From contig OX597825.1 of the NCBI GenBank assembly GCA_951406725.2, positions 19,964,001 to 20,028,000 of the forward strand: 64,000 bases of DNA, given 5' to 3'. Made by a program: the position numbers and the translations under genes. Numbering within the stretch: the stretch's first letter is position 1; each line of letters starts with the position of its first letter. The notes below the pieces were generated by a model. The model searched no databases. It had not been told where the DNA came from and saw only the letters and a program-made list of their open reading frames with translations. The stretch comes from Octopus vulgaris. Its lineage: Eukaryota. Shown here piece by piece: positions 54,158-64,000 of the stretch.

Positions 54158-55816
54158 ATGTCCTATCAGTGAAAGATTAACAGAATTCAAAATCCAGTTC
54201 AATATCGAGCTTGTAAAAGAAAAGACATTCAAATTAACCCAGAGAAGCAGGATAATAAGGACAAATAAACGTCAGGAATATTCCTATACAAAATTCATGT
54301 TTATCAGCACAGACGTTAGCATGCATGTGTTATTTTTACCAAAATTGACAAAGCCAGCGCTGCTTGACACGACCTTGAATGACCTCGTCAGTAAATTACA
54401 GTCACTCAGATCTATATACGGCACCACTGATCATTATTCCAACAGTATTTTATAAAGGTCACGTGTTTACATTAACAACAGATGTACAGGAATCGTTTCT
54501 AAAAACTTTCACACCATGGAGATCATAGGGAACAAACAAGAGATTTTCATCTGCTTAGATCTCTCGCAATAGATTGTTGTTGTCCTCAGATGTTTACCAT
54601 CTGTGTTGCTTCGGTTTTTGTGGACCTTTTCCACGATACTTTCGACCTGATACACTTGCCTCTCCCTTGGTGTGTCTATGAGAGGGCTTGCCTTGTCATG
54701 TTGGAAACATATTTCCGTAGGGTGCAGCCAAGCGAACACCGTTCCCTCCTTTTAATCTAGGTTTAGTTAAATGTTTAGACACCCTTCCCCAACCACAAAA
54801 CCTCTACGCTGTCGGTTGACTTCCAACAAATTTCAAATAAATCTTCCTCAAAATGAATTTCCCAAGCTAGCACACACTTGGTCATGTCGGACACAGTGCA
54901 TTATATTTTAAGGAATACGATATTGTCATCGATGCAATGCTGATCAAGGACGACTTGGAGATAACGTTGGATCGTGAGAATCGCAATTCTTTCCTTGAAA
55001 TCATTGGTTCCGAATACTTTGCCAATAATTGTAAATGCAAAACAAAAAAAAATCGAAGCACTTCAGGTGCCGTGTAGTAAAGAGACAGTATAATGCAGCT
55101 GAATCATTATATATATGTGTGTGTGTGTTTGTGTGTTAATATATCCAGCTTTAGTTCTATAAGATACCTTTAAACACATTATGTAAACCTCCTCGAGGAA
55201 TGTGATGACTCAGCCTGGAAAGCGGAACATTTTCGAATCAAATTCGAATGTAGAGGATTTTCTCGACACAGTGAGAGGCGTTTGTTATTATCGTTTGACT
55301 TAACTCATCGTAAAGCAAATGCCACCAAGAGTGATATCCAAGCTAACTGTGGAGAATGAGATCCACCGGAATTTGCCTTAAAAGAGACGATGAGCAATGG
55401 TTAGAAAATATTCAGCTATATTTGATAACCAGTTGATCTAGCAAGCCGGGTATCATGCTAGTGAGGGCGGGGCTGGTGCGCAATGATGCCGTCGAGAGGT
55501 AGGCTTCGAAACGACGCACATTCTCTTTTGCTTTCATGTGAAAGTAGTTTGTAAAACATCTAAACACGATACTTAAGAACCAGGACGCAGGACAGTGAAA
55601 AAATAAGAAAAACATGAGGGGTAAAATACGAAGTAAGTTATTATGTACAACTATCTGAGATGTATCTAAGTGACAGATGTAAATATCAGACAAAAGACCG
55701 AAAAGCACAAACTTAAGAACAGCACGAGGAAAATATTGTAAATTGAAACGTTTCTGGAAACATAGATATTGCGAACGTTTCAATGTAAAAGCATAGCATT
55801 AAATCTTTGCCGTAAT

Positions 55817-56028
55817 CATTTCAAATTTTGGCAAAAGGCCAGCAGGTTCTGGGAGGAGTAAGTCAATTAGATAAACCCCAGTGTTTAAAAGGTACTTATT
55901 CTATCGACCCATAAAAGAGGAAAGGCTAAGTCGACCTCGATGGAATTAAACTCAAAACGTAAAAGAAGGCGAAACGCGGCTAATAGTTTTTGCCCGGCAG
56001 TTTTAATGATTCTGCCAGCCAGCCGCCA
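55817..56028 (-). mobile_element. degenerate SINE type B, second tail
   Basis: Plus strand TTTCAAATTTTGGC...GGTACTTAT...TCGACCC...AAGTCGACCTCG...TTCTGCCAGC. Confidence 0.75.
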
Positions 56029-56520
56029 TTACTATCTATATTCTTAGGGCATATTTACAGGCATTTAATCTACATTTCTTGCAGTTATCTGAAACTAACT
56101 GCAGAATTATTTACACAGGTGGCATAACATTCCTAGTTTGATGAATTCTACTCATTTTAAAGCAGCAGCACCTTTGCAATTAGTTATAAAATACGACTAA
56201 ATAGATTTCAGGGAAGTTTGAAATAATTGCGACAGTGTCTTTTTATAAACTGAATTTTCTTGAAATAAAATCACCGATTGTTTGAATTTCTTGATATTCA
56301 ATGATAGAGTATTTATATATTGGCATGTATTGATATGCTGAAGCACCGACAGTTATTGATTTCCGTTAACAAAGTATAATTTAAATCCTGCAATACAAAT
56401 ACTAATGCATACACACACGCAAACACACATAGAAACACCCACCTATATATGTATATGTGTGTGTGTGTGGAGAGACAGATAGACATACAGACAGGCAGAC
56501 AGATAGATTGATAGATAGAT

Positions 56521-56556
<36 letters not shown>

Positions 56557-56683
56557 GTGTGAATAATATATCTATCTATCTACCTAGTTATATATCCATC
56601 TATCTATTTGTCTATACACACACACAGACAAACACAGACACACCAACACATACACAAACACACACACACGCACACGCACACAT

Positions 56684-56730
<47 letters not shown>

Positions 56731-57285
56731 CACATGTTCTATTTCCATATGTATATATGCACATAAACACACATGCACAGTCTTTTCGATGGACCGATAG
56801 ACAAAGAAATAGATATGCATGTGTACATACGCGCGTAAGACTCCATATATGTGGCTGTTTGTACCTGAATGTGTTCGTTTTGGTGAGTATGTGTATATAT
56901 GCATGTATGTATGTGTGCATGAGTGTGTTTCTGTATTTATGCATGAGTGTGCGTGCGTGCGAGCGTGTGTGTATCTCTATAAATATTTAGCTTGATTGAT
57001 TATTTGTTTCAAAAATTTTTTTTTGCAAACAATATAAAATTGGCGAAGTGTGTATATTACTTTACAGCAAACAGTTAAAATTAAAACGAAAACGTAAGAT
57101 AAACAAATTAATGTAATTGACTTTTTTTTCCTCTTTATTGTCAGTAGCAACCTTTTAGTCTCGATCAGTCTATGTTCATTTCTGATGAGACATTAAGTAT
57201 TGTTTTAAAAATGTCATTTAAACAGACATGCACCAGACCGCAAATATAACGACCACCAGACATAAAAGCAGCAATTTTAGCAAAT

Positions 57286-57400
57286 TAGGTATGTGCATCA
57301 ACATGGTTCCAGGCGCAGCACCACTGCAGAAGTGTTCTCCTACAGCCTACGGCCGACCAGAGATTTTCGGGGAACTTGCTAGACGGAAACTGAAAAGAGA

Positions 57401-57402
<2 letters not shown>
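57286..57402 (+). mobile_element. 5' part of CORE-SINE type C (related fragment at 57911-57985)
   Basis: ACATGGTTCCAGG...CCACTGC...GGCCGACC...TAGACGGAAACTGAAA. Confidence 0.7.
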
Positions 57403-57442
<40 letters not shown>

Positions 57443-57446
<4 letters not shown>

Positions 57447-57738
57447 CGTAATCACAGATGTTGCTACACATCGCTGGTCACAATGCGCTTCGCATTTTTT
57501 TTCAGCTTTCAAATGATGCCACCCCGCTGGCTAAGCGAGCAGGTGAACAGAAGAAATAGCGAGAGAAAGTTGCGGCGAAAGAGTACAGCAGAGATCGCCA
57601 CCACCCCTGCCGGAGCCTCGTGGAGCTTTATTTAGGTTCTTTCGCTCAATAAACACTCACAACGCCCGTATGGGAATCGAAACTGCGATCCTACAACCGC
57701 CAGTCCGCTGCCGTAACCCCTGAGCCATTGCGCCTCCA
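57443..57738 (-). mobile_element. SINE type A, tail variant 2
   Basis: Reverse complement is colinear with 10881-11183. Confidence 0.88.
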
Positions 57739-58535
57739 TATATATATTACGTATATATATTTGTTTTGCAAGATTCTTGATGGGAAATCGTGTGATGAAA
57801 CAGATGTTGTATTTAGGAATGATCATTTTGCCAGTTTATCCAATAAAAACACACTATATATTTGGTGTTAATTTGATTCAGCTTCATTTATTTGTTACAT
57901 GAATCTTAATCTTCTCCTACAACCATCGGCCGACCAGAGTTTTCCGGGGACTTGTTAGACGGAAACTTCAAAAGAAGCTTTATATATATGTCAGAACAAC
58001 GACTTCTTGTCCAGGCATGTGGGTATACCTCATCTAAAAGAACCATAAAGGACAAAACTGCATCTGACGTTCGCTGCTGGAACGATTTTCGTCTTCCTCC
58101 GATACTTATTTTGTTTTTAACACAGCACGCCAATAATAGATATTAATTCAGGCCTAAAACTGTAATAAATGACCTATCAATGCTCTAAATATATTAATTA
58201 TGACGCATAGCAATCATTATGTATATCTTCGACTTATTGCAATTTCCATACAAAAAATTGACATCAGACACACATATCAATGGAAATTTCAGACACTAGA
58301 CTCATTCTGGCGTATGTAGTATAAGAATATATATAATTACGAAAATGCTTTGAGAAATTAACTTGAAAAATTAACATCGATTTGATTAAGATAATCTGTA
58401 TTTCTTTTGGGGATAAGGCAGACTTGCCGGGAGGGTTTTTGCAAAATTTATATAGAGAAGTACATAAATATAAAAATTGTAAACATTTACATATGCAGCA
58501 CACATTTAAATTTATAAACATGTATAATTCATGCA

Positions 58536-58575
<40 letters not shown>

Positions 58576-58742
58576 CGTTCTAACACACACACGGGCACAC
58601 ACACATACATATATACATACATACATACATACATACATACATACATACATACATACAAACATTCAGTAATGAATATATACATAAATATATATATATATAG
58701 ATATATAGATAGATACACAGACAGACAGACAGACAGACATAC

Positions 58743-58801
<59 letters not shown>

Positions 58802-58821
58802 GATAGATAGATAGATAGATA

Positions 58822-59177
58822 TGTTTCTTTATTAGCCACACAGGGCTGCACACATATAGAACAAATTACAAGGTAGAGCTTTTCTTTTGAAGGTTTAAAA
58901 AAAAAAAAAAAAAAAGGAAGGGGGAGTTTCGATCAAAAGGGATCGTAAAAGGAGAGAAAGAGGACAAAAAAAGGGGGTTAAAAAAAAAGGGGGAGAGGAA
59001 AAAAAAATTGATCAATAGGGATCGTTATCACAGAAATGTCAATATGAAGTGTAAAGGGAGGACAGGTGAGGTTTTCCCGTGGAAAGAAAAGCCTACGGAA
59101 AAGACCACGGTAACCTCGGTCAATGAAGTCACATTTTATATTTTTTTTTTTTTTTTTTTGCAAATAAGCAACTCTCT

Positions 59178-59178
<1 letters not shown>
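58822..59178 (-). mobile_element. retroelement 3' end embedded in (GATA)n
   Basis: Shares its 3' tail with 37928-38289; (AGAT)n arrays lie immediately on both sides. Confidence 0.7.
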
Positions 59179-59249
<71 letters not shown>

Positions 59250-59606
59250 CAGACAGACTGACATTAACACGTGGAAAGGTAGACGCAAATGGAAAACATT
59301 ATTCGGAGTAATGCGAATATGGAACCATGAAAATAGAAAACTGATAAATGTATATTCATGAGTAAGTATTAGAGGATAAAAGAATGAAAGTATTACATAC
59401 AGTGATATCCTTCATATCTGTATCTATACCTTTCTCTAAACACCCACCCATGCATACATACATACAGACATGCATATATATACTTACACATATATATATA
59501 TATATATACACATATATAAATATATTTATATATGTATATATAAATGTATATATCCATACATACACAGATACCTATATACATATGCGTGTGTATGTACACG
59601 CACACA

Positions 59607-59642
<36 letters not shown>

Positions 59643-60800
59643 CATATATATATATATGCATGTGTGTGTCTGTGTATAAGCTAACACAAAGCTGTGTATG
59701 TAAATAGATAGATACATCGATGTATGGATGAATGGATGGAAGGATGGATGGTTGGAAGGATTGATGGATGGATGGATAGATAGATAGCAAGATAGACGTT
59801 AAACACTAAGATATCTAAGTAATGATTCCTATAATTAGTAATGGACTTCAATGAAGTTGAAAATATAATTACAAAAATTAATTAGAAGTATTGGAATTAA
59901 AATTTATTCGAAATATATAATTAATATTATTTTCCTATATTTACTTTCTCAAGTATTAATTAATGTTTACGTCTTCTATGAAACACGTAACGAAAGAACT
60001 CCTAAATATCTACATTATAATTTATATTTTCAGTGATATTTCTCGCGGAATTCAACAATTGTATACTTTCGTTACCACTGACTACTCGTTTCGTAGTGCA
60101 TCTTTTATCATCTTCAAAGATTAATAGAAATGAAGAGATTATAAAGAACAATTAGTAGTTTGTGTTGAGGCGTAATTGGACAAAACTTGGCAAACATTTT
60201 TCTGATATTATCAACTAATATTATATTTCACATCGTGCTATAGTTTTTCTCTTTTTATATATTTTTGTTTGTTTAATTTGTATTGCAATTAGTGAACAAT
60301 AAAATCGTTGCATACTGATTTATAACCGGACAATCACTGGCTCAATGTATTTCTAGGGGCTAGGATTATGTGACTACTGAGTATTTGTAATAAGGTGCAG
60401 AACAAATACATGTAGTTCACATACAATTCTCTAAAATACTGTTTGGAAGACATTTAGTTGCTGTTTCAAAGCATGAAAACAAAGTTCGATCTCATTCATC
60501 TTTTTTTACTGAGTAGAAACATCCAAAGGCATTTTTTTAAATAATCAAAGTGGTAGGTTCTTGTTTTGGTCTCAGGATTCAGGGGAAATTGAAAATAGTT
60601 GTTCTATAGTTAGAAAAGAAGACGGCGCTAATAGGAATCCGGTTGCCTGGTGTGACAGCGAGAGGGTCGAGGAGGAAAAAGACGGGGAAGTGAAAATGAA
60701 AGCGATAGCTCCGCATGAAAATTTAAAACCAGGGGATGAAGCGTCGTATGATGACACGCCATATTGTAATGATCAGCTTCATGTTTGTAGTTTTCTTATC

Positions 60801-60888
60801 CTAGGATTCTGGTTTCAGTCCCACTGCGTAGCACCTTGGGCAAGTGTTTCCTATTATAGCCTCGGGCCGACCAAAACCTTCATATATA

Positions 60889-60944
<56 letters not shown>

Positions 60945-61256
60945 ATGATCACGTGACTGACCAGACCATCAGATGTTGTTACACATAGCTGGTCACAATG
61001 CGTTCGCATTGTTTTTGCCTTCGAATGACGCCACCCCGCTGGCTAACCGAGCAGGCCAACAGACGAAAGAGTGAGAGGAAGAGTGGTGAAAGAGTACAGC
61101 AGAGATCACCACCCCCTGCCGGAGCGTCGTGGAGCTTTTAGGTGTTTTCGCTCAATAAACACACACAACGCCCGGTCTGGGAATCGAAACCGCGATCCTA
61201 CGACCGCGAGTCCGCTGCCCTAACCACTGGGCCATTGCTCCTCTCTCTCTCCCTCC

Positions 61257-61314
<58 letters not shown>

Positions 61315-61550
61315 GTGTGTGCATGTGTGTGTGTGTGTATATGTTTATGTGTCTGTGTCTGTCCCCCAACATCGCTTGACAATCGATGCTGGTGTGTTTA
61401 CGTCCCCATAACATAGCGGTTCGGCAAAACTAGTACGATGGAATAAGTACTAGGCTTACAAAGAATAATTCCTGGGGTCGATTTGCTCGGCTAAAGGCGG
61501 TGCTCCAGCATAGCCACAGTCAAATGACTGAAACAAGTAAAAGAGTAAAT
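60801..61550 (+). mobile_element. CORE-SINE type C split by an antisense SINE type A (60941-61243)
   Basis: Type C 5' part at 60801-60885 and 3' part at 61345-61550; type A tail variant 2 on the minus strand inside the internal TA tract. Confidence 0.9.
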
Positions 61551-61785
61551 TAGTAACCATTTTATTTACAGTGGCAGAAGTACAGCGACGAAACATGCCT
61601 AGAAAGGTTTCTTAGCACCAGTTATCTCCTTAATCATTAGCAAGAAACAACAAAACATATATTAAATTTAATTCTCAAAATAACTTACTTTCTTGTATTC
61701 CTACGCATTTCAATGATTTCTACAACATTATTAGAAATATAGAATTTCTAAATGTCTCAGAGAGACATGAACGGTGTTGGGGCGA

Positions 61786-62115
61786 TATAGTGTTTGTATA
61801 CTGTCAACTCAATGTGACAGTCCCGAAAGGGAATTACATCACCGCCATTTAGCCCAAGGAAACATCCACACTTCCTGTCGGCTTTGACACATTTTCTGTG
61901 TCCTTATATTTACAAAGGAGAGGCAATCAACCCCGCCAGCTGGGACTAGCACCTGAAGACATGTTTCTTCATCAGTCCAGGGTAGTAAGTCTCGCTAGCT
62001 GAGATGGCTGCAACCTCTCTACAAATATATCCTATTTTCAGTAAAATTTATTTACTGATCACCAAAATTAGAAATATTTACTGTCACATTGAGTTAACAG
62101 TATACAACCACTATA
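61786..62115 (-). mobile_element. small non-coding hammerhead-rod element (member 3) with inverted terminal duplication
   Basis: Minus strand CCTGGA-CTGATGA-A-GAAAC-AT-GTC-TTCAGG (61952-61981) in rod 61906-62028; domain 61801-61903; 61786-61821 is inverted at 62080-62115. Confidence 0.7.
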
Positions 62116-63097
62116 CAACATTATTATAATACATATAATATCGGTTTATTCTGGCTAGACATAAAACCAATATTTGCTAGAAAGCAAGTGTAGTCAATTT
62201 GTAACACTGGAGCATAAAACTGATATTGGCTTTGTCGATTTCGAAAATATGAAAGACCATGCCACGCCAATGTCAATGTCGTTTGGAATTGATCTCAAGA
62301 CATAAAGAATCTTAGCTAAACACTGTCAATTAGTTACACTGTTTACACAGTTATCTTTCCTTTCAATCAACTCTTCAAATTGACGTAATATTATTTTAAA
62401 TATTCCGTTTAATTTCTAATATGCAATTATTATTCATAATGTGTTTGTCGCCAACAATCTCAGTGGCAGTGTATTCTTGTTAAAATGCTGTAATTATCCA
62501 GTGTATTTTCCTCATCGTCCCAATAAGATGTATGCAGATTGCAATTTGATTACAGGTAATGGACAAAGGTGTTGTTGGTAATATTGCGTGTGCTCAATAT
62601 GGCCACTTAGACGTGTGTCGTACAGAAAACAAAAACAAAGATTTTCTATTATAATAATAGGGATTGCATGGGAAAGGAAATTAATATTGTATAAAATGGA
62701 CGTGTAAAACTGAATATCACAAAATTACAAACAGAAATCGATAACGTTCCAGAGGTTTCGATGGAGCTTTTAAGAGATACTAAAAAGTCCAAATTGGCAG
62801 CTATTCGTGGACGTTCCTGAAGGTCATTTTAAAGTTTTATTTACTAACATTTTTATGTCTGTTATTTTCAGGTGGGGAGCCGAATACAGAAAATATGTGG
62901 CAGAAGAAATTGGAAAATAAAGGAAAGAAGAAAATAAGGGATTTGGGGAGAGTGACTAAAAGACCTGAAGGGAAAGTGTGAAAAATGAATAGAAAGTGTT
63001 AAGGATGAGATAGAAATAGATAGAGAATAGCAGAGAAACGGTGATACTAGATTGAAATCAGCATATGTTACGTGATGTAATAGACATGAAAGTAATA

Positions 63098-64000
63098 TGA
63101 GGGTGGAATGAAAAGTTCATAGGGTAACTATGAAATGGTGATGCTAGACCTGTAAAATCTAGAATTCATGAATTTCAATCTTCTTAATATTTTCCAGGTA
63201 CACTGACATCTGACTGTTCAAAGAAGAATTCGAAAAAAGCTAGAAGCAATAGCAGATATGACGTCATCATCAATGCCATTCTGTTCCCCAGTCAAGTGTT
63301 TTTTCCTGTTTGGGAAGAGATGATAATTAGACGGGACCACATCAGGAGCATGGGGACAGCGATCAATTAGTTCAAAGCCACATTCACGCAGAGTAGCTGT
63401 TTAAACCAAGGACTTGTTTTGTTTACCTGAACATTGTTCTGAAATAAACATGACACCATTTGTCAGTTTCCCGAGCCGTTTGGTTTTGGTACAATTTCGC
63501 AACTACCTCAGCATCAGCAAGTTGGCACAGTAATCTCTATCAATGGTATAGTCCGTTTGAAGATAGTCAATGAAAACAATGCATTTTGCATTCCAAAGTG
63601 CTGAGGCCATCACCTTCCTTCTGGATGAAACGACATTTTCTTTCTGTGGAGCAGGGGAGGAGAGCTGTTTCCACTGCACAGATTGTCTCTTTACTTCTGG
63701 TCCAAAATTATGAGTTAAGACACGGTCACGAAAAACTGCTTGAGTTGCATCAAACAAAATCAGATTCTTCCGTGATGTTATCAGCTGAGTGCACTTTTGA
63801 TCAGGTGTCAGAAAAAGTAGCACACACCGAGCAGAATCCGTTGTCATGCCAAGTTCATTGTGCAGAATAATCTCAAATTTCTTACGAGATATGCTAATGT
63901 CACAGTGCGGTGAACACAATCAACGTTTCCCTCAGTAGTGATAGTGACAGAAAGTCCAGTCCATCCATCATCTTCAAAGCCCTCCCCGTCTCAAATTTAC
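63098..64000 (-). mobile_element. degenerate mariner transposon (transposase pseudogene and TIR), continues beyond window
   Basis: QSVQWK..SSPAPQK...RRKVMASALWNAKCIVFIDYL...YCANLL and PHAPDVVPSNYHLFP match mariner catalytic-domain motifs; TIR-like TGAGGGTGGAATGAAAAGTTC after TA at 63096. Confidence 0.9.

Noticed and set aside
60561-60956. 131-aa ORF with a charged N-terminus
   Set aside because: It runs into a SINE and a TA tract, with no recognisable domain or splice context.

Overview
AT-rich, microsatellite-dense animal genomic DNA with no recognisable host protein-coding gene. The SINE families and repeat style point to a cephalopod, probably Octopus (inference). Most ORFs in the track are translated microsatellites. 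The identifiable content is mobile-element debris: at least five tRNA-derived SINE types (CORE-type and Meta-domain-type), Dong/R4-clade non-LTR retrotransposon 3' ends sitting in (TAA)n tracts, Penelope-like element (PLE) RT and GIY-YIG remnants, CR1-type 3' ends, mariner/Tc1 remnants, an intact-looking non-autonomous Helitron and a tRNA-Ile(AAT) pseudogene. The most interesting signal is RNA-structural: about nine type I hammerhead-ribozyme (HHR) motifs in 64 kb. Three of them (45752-46167 +, 34951-35282 -, 61786-62115 -) belong to small non-coding elements whose sequences differ strongly but which share one architecture: an HHR at the tip of a long rod-like stem, followed by a conserved multi-hairpin, possibly pseudoknotted domain. 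One copy is a 362-nt unit with terminal redundancy, as expected for a retrozyme-like circular RNA. All structures were folded by eye and none has been tested.
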